This document shows, piece after piece, positions 19,397 through 29,743 of a stretch of 64,000 bases of DNA (position 1 is the first letter of the stretch; each line of letters starts with the position of its first letter). The notes below the pieces were generated by a model. The model worked only from the letters and a program-made list of their open reading frames with translations. It did not search any database and was not told where the DNA came from. A program made the position numbers and the translations under genes. Source of the DNA: a virus; the IMG/VR virus record IMGVR_UViG_3300026512_000005, positions 51,991-115,990 of that record; one strand, given 5' to 3'.

Positions 19397-21277
19397 TTAT
19401 TCTGCGATACCGGTTTCCGATAAAGCACTAACATTTATCATTTTATCTAATAAACGTTTTAGATCATCTTTTATAATTATAGTATTATTAGCCACAAAGA
19501 AACTAATGACATTTTTATTGTTAGCAGTGAGGTTATTAATATAATTACTAAGACTATTAGCAAACTCTGTTAATTCCTTTCTGTTCTTAACATACTTACC
19601 ATCTTTGGTTTTATTATCTTTACTAGTACGCTCTATAATCACATCTAATGTAAGTTTAAACTTGTCAATTATTTTCTTACTGGCTTCTAGACGTTCAACT
19701 CGTTTCTTAGAATCTTCTTTAAAAACTTTTACTTTCTTCTCTATACTATTATAGATATCATCGATACACCCCTCTACTTTATTAAGTTCTAATTTAACTT
19801 CTACCTCACTAAGTCTCATGATAGGATTTATATCTGTTTCACGTGCAATCTCTTGTATTTCATCGCCATAAACAGAAACTATATTAAATTTAGTTGTTCT
19901 AATATTAAAGTTTTTAAATACTTCTTTTATAAGAATTGAAATTATGTATAATACTTGGTGTATAGGTGCATCTGTTTTATTAACAGATAAAGGTATTTTC
20001 GATTCTGTCGAAATGCGTTCTATGTTTGTACCAAATTTTTCATACAGTTGATTGATTTCTTCTTCAGTACGTTCACCACTACTTACAGGAGCTGCATCTT
20101 CTATTATATGTTCTAGTTCATTTACCAGTTTACCATACTCTTTAAAACGTTCCTTGGCTTTAGGTAGGGTTGTCACAAAAATTTCATCAGTACTATGTCC
20201 AACGATGGTGTAGTCTAAATCTTCGAGGGAAGATACCTTACTCAAAACTTTTATGAAATCATGTTCATACAAGTCAAATTCATCTCGTGTTTCGTTATAA
20301 TATTTATCAGCTTCAGAATTACTAAAGACAGTTATAATGTGTCGTATGACATCAAGTATACCGCCATTCTCAGTAATACCCATTTCATATAGTGTGGTTA
20401 TTCTTGCTTCTTTAGACGTGATGTCATTTTTTGTAGCTTTATCTAGGATAGTGAGGAATTTACCATATAGACTAAGGAAGTCTTTACCACTCTCTATATC
20501 CTTCGTAATAATAGTCTCAGTGCTATCAAGAATTTTAAATGCCTCGAATGATTGGTCAAAACTAAATATCCTATCTATGTTGTTATTAAAGTCTGTAAGA
20601 AACTTTATTATATCAGAATAATTTAGCTCACCGTTAGTAATCCCATCATTTACTATAAAAAGAGCTGGTATATTGGCCAAGAACTTTTTGGTTTCTTTTA
20701 GATTAACCTCTAAGTCATTTTTAATATTGGCTTTGAAGTTAGTACCCATTTTATTGGCATTGGTTCTATCTACGATTATTTGTTCTTTAACTTCAGTGTA
20801 CTTATCTTTTAATGACTTCGTCTTATTATTCTTTTCATCTTCTTTTTTCTCTTTAAAGAAACTTGTAAAGAAGTCGACTATACCCTCTATTAGCTTTGTT
20901 AGTAAATCGACAATTTTACTAATAATACTGGCTATTGCATCGAAAATAGCTTGTATAAAATTACTAATACTATCCATTATAGATTCCGTGCCGGCGGTTA
21001 TGTTAGTATTAGGATTAAAGTATTGACTATAATCCATACCAGTTAATGTGGCAACGGTTTCCATAGTATCTGTTACCTGATTTATTATATATGGTTTACC
21101 GTTACTGATACAAGTATTAGTATAGTTTAGAGCTTGTTCACTTACTTCGATACCTTTTACCAGTATACTGGCCTCTGTCTCTGCCTGATGTATAACCGTT
21201 GATAGTCGAGTAATATGTTCATATTTTTCTAAAAGGGTTTTTTCATAACCCTCATCCTGTTTAGTAACTACTATCAT
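19397..21277 (-). CDS. Internal head protein paralog
   Basis: AGTES followed by the amphipathic helix IMDSISNFIQAIFDAI; adjacent to its paralog. Confidence 0.65.
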   Translation of the reverse strand: MIVVTKQDEGYEKTLLEKYEHITRLSTVIHQAETEASILVKGIEVSEQALNYTNTCISNGKPYIINQVTDTMETVATLTGMDYSQYFNPNTNITAGTESIMDSISNFIQAIFDAIASIISKIVDLLTKLIEGIVDFFTSFFKEKKEDEKNNKTKSLKDKYTEVKEQIIVDRTNANKMGTNFKANIKNDLEVNLKETKKFLANIPALFIVNDGITNGELNYSDIIKFLTDFNNNIDRIFSFDQSFEAFKILDSTETIITKDIESGKDFLSLYGKFLTILDKATKNDITSKEARITTLYEMGITENGGILDVIRHIITVFSNSEADKYYNETRDEFDLYEHDFIKVLSKVSSLEDLDYTIVGHSTDEIFVTTLPKAKERFKEYGKLVNELEHIIEDAAPVSSGERTEEEINQLYEKFGTNIERISTESKIPLSVNKTDAPIHQVLYIISILIKEVFKNFNIRTTKFNIVSVYGDEIQEIARETDINPIMRLSEVEVKLELNKVEGCIDDIYNSIEKKVKVFKEDSKKRVERLEASKKIIDKFKLTLDVIIERTSKDNKTKDGKYVKNRKELTEFANSLSNYINNLTANNKNVISFFVANNTIIIKDDLKRLLDKMINVSALSETGIAE

Positions 21278-21286
21278 ATACCACTC

Positions 21287-22222
21287 CTAATTTTGTTCTC
21301 TGATTTTCTCTATCTTAAGTTTTAGCTTGTTCACTTTAGTTTCATAATACGCTATAGCTTTAGATACCTCAGCATTAGGTGTATTGCTATTTTGGTTACG
21401 TAATTCCAATAAACGTAATTCCAATAGCTGTACGTCTTCTTTATATCCTTCCAAACGCAGTACTTGCATATCTATTAGAAATATTCTTAGATGATAAATG
21501 GGATTACCTATAAAGTTACGCGAGATATCAGCGTGTGCCTTTCTTTCTTCTTTAAATTTAAAATAACCCATAAAACGTTTAGTTAAAGTTTGTGTATAGA
21601 AGTCTTTTATACCAAAACTGTCTGAGAAAAAGTCCATAACTAAGTCAACAGGTATAGTAGATTCATCTTCTTGTTTAAGTGTTTTAATAGTAGGTATGTT
21701 ACCTATCGTTTTAACGACTTTATCTAAATCAGATTTCTCCAACTCAGGAATCATTTTGATTAACGTCATTAACTTATTAGCATTTTTAAGTTTGACACCT
21801 TTTTCTAAATCTGAGTCTGACTTAGTATAAAAGGTTGCTATTATATATGCAAATACTTCTAATATCTCTATAGAAAGGAAAATACCCTCACTAACTAAAG
21901 CTAACGCAATTTTACTATTAAGATTATGCGTGTTAGATGTAATAGTATCTGGTAGTTCCTCAGCTACTCTCTGTTTTAAGTCTGAAAGTATGTGTTTATA
22001 CTTAGATACAATATTATCAACTCTCTTAAAGAAATCTGAATCAGATTTTAATTTCAATTGTGAAAATAGAATATTATCAGATAACTCGTCATGTGTAGTA
22101 GCTTCTTTTTGTAACCCATCGAGAGCTGGTAATACCTCTTTAACAATACTACGTTCTATATTATCTATCATATCCAAAAGGTCATCTCTTTTAAATATTG
22201 TTGTATGTAATTTGTATTTCAA
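21287..22222 (-). CDS. Virion head structural protein (gp90-like)
   Basis: Motif NFIGNPIYH.R with a C-terminal coiled coil; synteny. Confidence 0.6.
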   Translation of the reverse strand: MKYKLHTTIFKRDDLLDMIDNIERSIVKEVLPALDGLQKEATTHDELSDNILFSQLKLKSDSDFFKRVDNIVSKYKHILSDLKQRVAEELPDTITSNTHNLNSKIALALVSEGIFLSIEILEVFAYIIATFYTKSDSDLEKGVKLKNANKLMTLIKMIPELEKSDLDKVVKTIGNIPTIKTLKQEDESTIPVDLVMDFFSDSFGIKDFYTQTLTKRFMGYFKFKEERKAHADISRNFIGNPIYHLRIFLIDMQVLRLEGYKEDVQLLELRLLELRNQNSNTPNAEVSKAIAYYETKVNKLKLKIEKIREQN

Positions 22223-22231
22223 TTCTTATCC

Positions 22232-23326
22232 TTAAAATGGTGATTTATTCTGCATAAGTTCTTTAACAACTTTTGATATGTCCGAGTCTTTCTCTTTCTT
22301 AAGCATCGCGAAAGATAAAACACTGAAACCTGGAATACTATCTATGAAGTATGTTAGTTCTTCCCTTTCAACATCTACAAATGTGATACTGAATGCCATA
22401 AGGTCATCTGCTAATTTGTCCTTGTACAAGTCTTTGTGGACATTACCCTTTAATAACTTATTAACTGTAGTTTCATATTCGCTACTAAATAAATAGATAT
22501 TAAAATTTTTACTAAATGAGTTTTGATTATGTAGTAAATCTTTAAATGTAGACACCTTGTCGGTCTTGTTTAGATACTTAGCAAAGTCATTACTGTTGGT
22601 AAGTTTATGGTTCTTGTATTCTTTAACCAAACTAGTTGCGGTTATAATGTCCATGAATGATTTTAAACCCGCTTTATAATCGTTTATAACATCAGATAAA
22701 TATTTACCATTGTTACTTGCTATACGATTGTGTATTAGCGTATGTACATTTGTAAACGTAATATTCGGATATATGATAACTGGTATAACTAATACTCTAG
22801 CGTCACCACTACCATTACTAAAACTAACCTGTACTTCATAAGTGTTAATAAAACTCGCTACATCTTTCTGTATAGCCAAGTTATTATCAACTGTTTTATT
22901 GGATGCTTCTGTAGCTGGTAACAATGTGTTACTATTTAATAAATCACTTACATAGTCAAATGACTCTATACCTGCCTTATAAAGTTCATATGCTTTATTA
23001 GCACTATCATATGGGTTTATCTTATTAATAGCAATCATTGGCTCAACATTATGCATTTCTACCATAACACGAATAGCCTGTGTTACTATTCCTGTAAAAG
23101 TCATCATCTGTGTTTTAACTAAATCCTTAAATACGGTATTATCCATATACTTAAGTTTATCATCAACAACCACATTCGGAGTTATAATAAATTTAGACAT
23201 CATCTTAGTAATTTTACCACTACTAACTATATCTGGTGCTAAATCTAACACATTCTCTTTCTCTTCATAAATGTTTTTAACGAGATTACCTATAACAAAC
23301 ATACCATTTTTAATTCCACTGGCCAT
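22232..23326 (-). CDS. Virion head structural protein (gp89-like)
   Basis: Start at MASGIK (AAGGAG RBS); contains AGIES; synteny. Confidence 0.55.
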   Translation of the reverse strand: MASGIKNGMFVIGNLVKNIYEEKENVLDLAPDIVSSGKITKMMSKFIITPNVVVDDKLKYMDNTVFKDLVKTQMMTFTGIVTQAIRVMVEMHNVEPMIAINKINPYDSANKAYELYKAGIESFDYVSDLLNSNTLLPATEASNKTVDNNLAIQKDVASFINTYEVQVSFSNGSGDARVLVIPVIIYPNITFTNVHTLIHNRIASNNGKYLSDVINDYKAGLKSFMDIITATSLVKEYKNHKLTNSNDFAKYLNKTDKVSTFKDLLHNQNSFSKNFNIYLFSSEYETTVNKLLKGNVHKDLYKDKLADDLMAFSITFVDVEREELTYFIDSIPGFSVLSFAMLKKEKDSDISKVVKELMQNKSPF

Positions 23327-23421
23327 TACGACTCCTTGTTTTAAACTAATAAATTTCATTTTAATAGGTGGGTTATAATGATTTTATCTTGATTATATTA
23401 ATACTTAGGAGTATATACAAG

Positions 23422-24504
23422 ATGAAAATTAATTTAAACATAGATGATTACATGGAAGCATCTGGTGTTACCGACATGTCTAGAGTTGTTTCCAATACTC
23501 TCTATGGATTTAAACACAACAATCACTTACCAATGATACCATCTAATAAAGATTATAATGGACACGTATTTTTCACAAGACCACAATTAAATCTTACAGA
23601 TAGGAATTTAAAGAAGATACGACACATGTATAAATTTCTTAATAAGGAGAAGTTATCTATACAACGTACTGTTAGGTGTTTATTAGACCCAAGGTTACAG
23701 TACGGCGTTAGTCACCCTATGTATAAACAGGATAAGTTAAGTGCACCATTAGTAGACCAATTTAGTCCGTTCATACCTGTCATGTCTAATACAATAAAAA
23801 CACTATCAGGATGGCCTGATATAACTACTCCTACATATACAAGTAGTGCTGGTCTACGTAAGGAACAGTGGGCAATGGTTGATGGTACATACGAAGTAAA
23901 TGATGTATTTGAATTAAATGCTGTATTTATGAACTTTGTTAATGAACCTATAAGTACGATAATGGAATTATGGAACAGGTACCCATCATTGGTTTTTGAA
24001 GGTTCATTATATCCTTATATAGATTTCATACTAGAGAATGAATTTGATTACAATACAAGAATTTACAGATTTATAACTGATGAAAATGGTATAATAAAAA
24101 AGTCTGCCGCTACTGGTGCATCTTTTCCATTGGGTGAACCTACTGGGAAAGCTTTCGACCTTACATATGGTAAAAGTTATAGTGAGCAAAATAAAGATAT
24201 AACAGTTAAGTTTGTATGCATGGGTGCTAACTATAATGATGATATTACTCTATTAGAGTTTAATAAAACCGCTGCTATTTTTAATACAGATGTAAGACAA
24301 TATTTACAAGGCGACACTTCTCATATGGAGGTAATTCCAAGAGATCTTTTACAGGCTTTTGAGAATAGAGGGTACCCTATTGTAGATTTGGATACATATG
24401 AACTAAAATGGATAATTAATAAGAATGATAAAACTTATAAACGTGTAATGAGTATATTAAAAGATAATGACGAATTATCTAAAATAGATAGACCTATATA
24501 TTAA
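23422..24504 (+). CDS. Virion structural protein (gp88-like, tube/baseplate-related)
   Basis: Motifs G.VFFTRPQLNL and LSGWPD; divergent from the gp89-like gene as in phiKZ. Confidence 0.65.
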   Translation: MKINLNIDDYMEASGVTDMSRVVSNTLYGFKHNNHLPMIPSNKDYNGHVFFTRPQLNLTDRNLKKIRHMYKFLNKEKLSIQRTVRCLLDPRLQYGVSHPMYKQDKLSAPLVDQFSPFIPVMSNTIKTLSGWPDITTPTYTSSAGLRKEQWAMVDGTYEVNDVFELNAVFMNFVNEPISTIMELWNRYPSLVFEGSLYPYIDFILENEFDYNTRIYRFITDENGIIKKSAATGASFPLGEPTGKAFDLTYGKSYSEQNKDITVKFVCMGANYNDDITLLEFNKTAAIFNTDVRQYLQGDTSHMEVIPRDLLQAFENRGYPIVDLDTYELKWIINKNDKTYKRVMSILKDNDELSKIDRPIY

Positions 24505-24516
24505 AAAAGGATAGTT

Positions 24517-27354
24517 ATGAATAAACATGAACAACTTATGAAGGAATTACAGGTAGCTGTGTATGACCCAAATATAATACAGATAAAAAGTTTAAAATTA
24601 TTACAAGCACAGTTGAATGGCGAATGTAATATACCTGATGCCACTAATCCGTTTATATTCCTTATGGAGAATAACGCAATGGTAACAAGTGCCGCAGTAC
24701 ATGAAACTGCAGTTAATTTTAGACGAACCTATCCAGAATTGGCAACCAGTAAAACCGATCTATATGGACATATAAATACTAACGAGGTTAATAATATATT
24801 TGCCGGACCCAGTAAGGCTATGTTTAATATATATCTAGGTGCAGATGAAATAATGAAGTTCGGTAAAATCACTGGTACATTTAGTAGCATTATAGTCCCT
24901 AAGTTCAGTAATATAACTGTTGATGAAATAACATTTACTTTATTAAATGATTTACAGATTTACCTATATAGTAATGGTAAAACTTTTGCCAAATACACTT
25001 ATAACAACATAGAAATAGGTGTTAATACAGATAACATTTTAAAGTCTACATTGGTAAGTGATAAAAACGGTAAAAAATGGTTAATGGTTGAGTTGGAAAT
25101 ACAGCAACTTAAGCGTTACACTTTCAGAGAAACACTTATGAACAGTGTACCATTTAATACAACATTTAACCTAGGTGATGATGAAAGATTCACATATATA
25201 GAAACTAGGAGCCTTAACAAACAAACCAGTGAAGTTATTAGATTACATACGACATTTAGTCAGTTTGTTTATAATCCCGACGTACCTACTATGATCATAA
25301 AACCAGATAACAATAAAATTAATTTGGAACTACCGGTTACTTATACTCTTAATAAATTAATCTCTAGCTTTATAGATGTAGAACTTTTTACCACACTAGG
25401 TAAAAGGATAATACCTCTTAATAAATATGACACACTTGATTATGTTTTTAAAGTGGTGTTACCTAATACAACAGATGAGTCAATTATAGGTATAAACAAC
25501 ATACCTATAAAAGTTAATTCTAACAGCTATACATATGGTGGGCAAGATGAGATAACCTTTAAATCACTTAAAAATAAAGTAATGAACTATGCTACTGGTG
25601 ATAATAACTTACCTATAACTACACATGAGATTAAAAGTAGAGTTGAAGAGTATGGTTATAAATTTAAACGCATAAATACATCCATACTTAAAAGTGAAGT
25701 TTTAATTACTAAAGATATAGGTGCGTTAGATTATGACCTAAAAACTAACTTAACCCTGATATCTGGAGATATTACAATTAAACCTGCCGATGTTACAAGT
25801 AGTAAAATACATATTATTAGTTCTACTAAGTTATCTATAGAGCCATTTCAGTTATTTAAGAATGTGAATGGTACAACTATACCGTTAAATGATGTAGAAA
25901 GAATTAAAGTTACTGAAGATGCTAAATCTAATATATCCGAGTATAATAAACAGAAGATATATTTTAACTTATATAAATATGTACTAGACTATAGTAGCCT
26001 TGTTAACGTACGTGTGTACGATGTTAACCAGCCAACTTTGAATAATGCCACTACGTTATATAACAGTAGTGAACTATATACCCCATTTGTCATTACAAAA
26101 CGTAACCTAGTGAACGTCGGTGGTAACTATAAAATTATCTATAACATAGTACCTAACAGTGAGATAGATAAGTTAGATCTAGATAAATTATTTGTTCAAC
26201 TTTATATACCGTTAGGTACTAATGAAAAAATATATTTTAAAGGTACATTCCACCGTACTGAAACAGACCTAGTGATGACCATAAACTTAAAACTTAGTTA
26301 TTATATAGATAAAGATAATAAGACAATGATAAGTACTGATGTCGGCGTTATTCGTAATGCCTATATAGATATTATCGCCCAAGGTAATATAACAATTTAT
26401 AGTGTCGACCAAGCTATGGTTACAAGTAGTAATATTAACCCTCCTGAAGTGGTTATTGATGAAAGTACTTTTGTAGTTTATAGTGAACATTTTAACTTAA
26501 CATTTGCCAAGAGTTTAGAACACCTATTTGTCAGCTATGCATTGGAGTATACCGATAGAAAATTTAAAACTTATGATAAAGATGTTTATAAGACATATGA
26601 TGCTGATGTCTATGAAACTGATGAAACTGGTACCATAAAAATAACTAAAACAAATGATAATGATGTAATCTTTAACATCCTACATAAAAAAGGCGATGTA
26701 ATGATGTATAGTGATAAACCTATTATTGTACACAAAAAAGGCGATATAATGCTAGATAGTGATATGATGCCTATTGTGGATCACATTTTAGGTATTAGTC
26801 ACAAACTTAACATATTACTAATGGAAGATCATTTCCTACGCACTACTAATGACATATATAAACGCTATCGTATAGATTACTTTATTAGGTTAACAGATAT
26901 CATAACTAAAGAATTAGAACCGATTGATAAAGAACTGTTGGACAATACTGCTATTAAGTTCTCACCTAATGTAAGTCTTAGTGATGTCTATATAGAGACT
27001 AATGGTGAAATTAAAAGTTACACTAACCAGATAAGTCCTACTATCAATATCTACTTAGGCAATGAAACCAGTTTAGAGGTAACCGATGAATTAGGAAAAC
27101 GTTTATATAACTATCTACAATCTAGATTGTACGAAAATGTAACTATACGCTCTATTGAAGATGGTCTAACTAAATTAATCGATACAGATATACTGACGAT
27201 AAAGTTAACAGATGTAACCCCAGATAATAACCTTAACATTCTGAATTATACCATGGAGAGTAGTAAGTTTATTATAAATAAAACTTTGACATTCTTAGAA
27301 GATAGTACACTTATAGTAAAACCAGAACTAAAGATAAACTTAATAACTATATAG
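24517..27354 (+). CDS. Large virion structural protein (gp87-like, putative baseplate wedge)
   Basis: 945 aa; motifs DATNPF.FLME, YPELA...DLY.H and HKKGD repeats. Confidence 0.65.
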   Translation: MNKHEQLMKELQVAVYDPNIIQIKSLKLLQAQLNGECNIPDATNPFIFLMENNAMVTSAAVHETAVNFRRTYPELATSKTDLYGHINTNEVNNIFAGPSKAMFNIYLGADEIMKFGKITGTFSSIIVPKFSNITVDEITFTLLNDLQIYLYSNGKTFAKYTYNNIEIGVNTDNILKSTLVSDKNGKKWLMVELEIQQLKRYTFRETLMNSVPFNTTFNLGDDERFTYIETRSLNKQTSEVIRLHTTFSQFVYNPDVPTMIIKPDNNKINLELPVTYTLNKLISSFIDVELFTTLGKRIIPLNKYDTLDYVFKVVLPNTTDESIIGINNIPIKVNSNSYTYGGQDEITFKSLKNKVMNYATGDNNLPITTHEIKSRVEEYGYKFKRINTSILKSEVLITKDIGALDYDLKTNLTLISGDITIKPADVTSSKIHIISSTKLSIEPFQLFKNVNGTTIPLNDVERIKVTEDAKSNISEYNKQKIYFNLYKYVLDYSSLVNVRVYDVNQPTLNNATTLYNSSELYTPFVITKRNLVNVGGNYKIIYNIVPNSEIDKLDLDKLFVQLYIPLGTNEKIYFKGTFHRTETDLVMTINLKLSYYIDKDNKTMISTDVGVIRNAYIDIIAQGNITIYSVDQAMVTSSNINPPEVVIDESTFVVYSEHFNLTFAKSLEHLFVSYALEYTDRKFKTYDKDVYKTYDADVYETDETGTIKITKTNDNDVIFNILHKKGDVMMYSDKPIIVHKKGDIMLDSDMMPIVDHILGISHKLNILLMEDHFLRTTNDIYKRYRIDYFIRLTDIITKELEPIDKELLDNTAIKFSPNVSLSDVYIETNGEIKSYTNQISPTINIYLGNETSLEVTDELGKRLYNYLQSRLYENVTIRSIEDGLTKLIDTDILTIKLTDVTPDNNLNILNYTMESSKFIINKTLTFLEDSTLIVKPELKINLITI

Positions 27355-27381
27355 ATAGGACATATGTCCTATCTATATAGT
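27346..27381. terminator. 36-bp perfect palindrome between convergent genes
   Basis: ACTATATAGATAGGACATATGTCCTATCTATATAGT. Confidence 0.65.
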
Positions 27382-27824
27382 GTTATTTTTGTACCGGATG
27401 TTACGTAATCAATCTCTTCCTTGGTTAATCCACGTATACCAGTAGACAATAGTTGTAAAGCACTAAGTTTACCAGCTTCTAGTTCATGACGTTGTAACAA
27501 CATATTTTCTAACTTCTTGACAGAAGTTTCTATGTTAACAACGATCACTTCATTAATATAGTTAACTAAACGGCGTGCTGTATTTTGTATAACCTGATGT
27601 ATCTCAGTATCAGCATCATCGTTCTGAAATTTAAACTTAATGAAATCTGTATCGAATGCCATAAAGGCTAGTAATGCAGTTATCACATGAGCACGATGTT
27701 CAGGATTGTTCAATTCACCATATGAATTAACATTTAATCGTTTTACACTAGCTATAAACTCGTCCTCTATGCTATTTAGATTAGCCGTTACGTTAAGTTG
27801 GTTTTCTGTTATTTGTAAAGTCAT
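27369..27824 (-). CDS. Hypothetical protein
   Basis: 151 aa ORF with AAGGA RBS. Confidence 0.55.
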   Translation of the reverse strand: MTLQITENQLNVTANLNSIEDEFIASVKRLNVNSYGELNNPEHRAHVITALLAFMAFDTDFIKFKFQNDDADTEIHQVIQNTARRLVNYINEVIVVNIETSVKKLENMLLQRHELEAGKLSALQLLSTGIRGLTKEEIDYVTSGTKITLYR

Positions 27825-27827
27825 TTA

Positions 27828-29276
27828 CTATAGTCCTTTAAATTTATTACTGTAATAATATAAATCATTATCTTCAAGTAATTCTACTAAATCATTTACA
27901 GTGTTATTCTTAGTGATATCTATGTAACCGTATTTATTAAGATTACGCATATTACGCTTTAATAAAGAAAGAGTATCTTTAATCTCGTCTATCTGTTTTA
28001 CCAACAATTGTTTATCTTCATCTGTACTCTCAATGGATCGTAAACTATGTATCAGTTCCAATTTGATTTTATCTAATCTTGTAAAGATATCATCATAGGT
28101 AAATTTTTTATAATTATTATTTTTAAACAACATTAGGAAGGTAGATAAAACCGTATTGAAAGCAACGCCTAATAGTATTTGAATCATAGTATATACGAAG
28201 ACACCTACAAATATCAGTACACCCACTAATAATAGTAGCATCATTGTGAAAACAAATACTGTTACAGCTATCATAGTTGATAAGGTTCTAATAAACTCAC
28301 TACCAACTGATTCGTATTCATTACTCTCATTTATAGACACTATACCACTAGAAGCACGTTTAGCCAGTACCGCTGTTAACTCCGTAGCTAGACCAAATCT
28401 TATCGCAAATACGTCAGCACTACGTTGATAATCTATTTGTATAGACCCTTTCGTGTTATTAATTCTATACGTATTTAATATATATGAGTTTAAGTCTTCC
28501 AATACAGCTACAGTTTCTGTAGCGTTTTTAGGCTGTATCGTTTTATCAACTTTACTCATACTTATAGATATCGATTCTATGGGCGACTTATTCTTAGTAA
28601 AACGTTCATTTATAAATGTATCTATTAATTTAAAAGAGGCGTTAGTAGTAGTTGTCATATATTCTAGATATGCAAATATCCTACCTACCTCGCTTATAAT
28701 CAATGATGTTACTTCTTCAGCAGATGCACGTAATATTAATGTACGTATGAAATCTATATTGATAATGAAATCACTATTAACCAAACCATTCACAGTAGCG
28801 TTTTTCAAATCTATGTTAAAATTATCTTTACGTATAGCTTCTTTAACAGAATTTAAAGTGTTGTATAAACTATGTTCCATAGTACTTGCTTTACTCTCCC
28901 ATAAAACCTGGTTATTTTGTTTGTTTGGAAACAGGTCATCTATGGAATTAAGTGCTATATTAGTTGTTTTATAATTTAATATTGGCATTATCAGTGAGCT
29001 TAATTTAAAATCCTTCATTGTTAGGTTACGTATAGTGATATTAAATCCAAATCTATCCGTTAATATACTAGAAATCTCAGATAAATCTTTCTCTAGCATA
29101 TTACGTGTAATGACCTTTTTATATTTATCTAATCTCTGGTATGTAAGATGTTTATCGGAAACATCATCCTTAATATTAACACGCATTGTATCTTGTACGT
29201 TATTTATTATTTTATTTATCTTATTAATAAATAATATGTTCGTTTGTTTATGTATACTCTCTATACCTATTTCCAT
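27828..29276 (-). CDS. Virion head/ejection protein with hydrophobic helices (gp84-86 family-like)
   Basis: N-terminal GIES; degenerate HE.GH (SEVGR) and AD.FA.RFG motifs; long hydrophobic segment; YD...R. Confidence 0.6.
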   Translation of the reverse strand: MEIGIESIHKQTNILFINKINKIINNVQDTMRVNIKDDVSDKHLTYQRLDKYKKVITRNMLEKDLSEISSILTDRFGFNITIRNLTMKDFKLSSLIMPILNYKTTNIALNSIDDLFPNKQNNQVLWESKASTMEHSLYNTLNSVKEAIRKDNFNIDLKNATVNGLVNSDFIINIDFIRTLILRASAEEVTSLIISEVGRIFAYLEYMTTTTNASFKLIDTFINERFTKNKSPIESISISMSKVDKTIQPKNATETVAVLEDLNSYILNTYRINNTKGSIQIDYQRSADVFAIRFGLATELTAVLAKRASSGIVSINESNEYESVGSEFIRTLSTMIAVTVFVFTMMLLLLVGVLIFVGVFVYTMIQILLGVAFNTVLSTFLMLFKNNNYKKFTYDDIFTRLDKIKLELIHSLRSIESTDEDKQLLVKQIDEIKDTLSLLKRNMRNLNKYGYIDITKNNTVNDLVELLEDNDLYYYSNKFKGL

Positions 29277-29352
29277 TATAACTCCTTATATTCAAAGTAT
29301 CAATCTTTTTTGTAAAATGAATCTTATGACGTTAAATAAAAAAGGATTGTTA

Positions 29353-29724
29353 ATGGCGATGTTTTACATAGATGACTATATAAGTTACAATAGTTTCAGG
29401 AAGATAACCGGTGTTAGTTGGGAGATATCCGCTGATAAAGAGTTTACTAAACTAATCTCTTCTACATACAATAATAAGAATGCTATTAATGGATGGTATA
29501 CTCCATTAAAACGCTTGGATACTGACGGTTATTATGGTGAATTTGATACCTTATTTAGTCGTTGTAAAATACATACAGAAATATATGGTAAAGACAATAC
29601 AAGCGAATGGTTTGTTAAAGAATTGAACACGGGTATAGTTAAGAGTGTATTAATAAAGCGAAAAGATAAAGTTATAGGTGAGATAGCTGAATATAAAGAT
29701 GGGACATATAAAATACTATGGTAG
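29353..29724 (+). CDS. Small protein with Ig/FN3-like virion domain
   Basis: Start at MAMFYI (AAAGGA RBS) rather than 29035. Motif VSWEIS.D.EF...S.W, similar to the N-terminus of 60219-62033. Confidence 0.5.
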   Translation: MAMFYIDDYISYNSFRKITGVSWEISADKEFTKLISSTYNNKNAINGWYTPLKRLDTDGYYGEFDTLFSRCKIHTEIYGKDNTSEWFVKELNTGIVKSVLIKRKDKVIGEIAEYKDGTYKILW

Positions 29725-29743
29725 TATAGCACGCGCTATACTA
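29722..29743. terminator. Bidirectional hairpin between convergent genes
   Basis: TAGTATAGC-acgc-GCTATACTA, bounded by both TAG stops. Confidence 0.6.
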
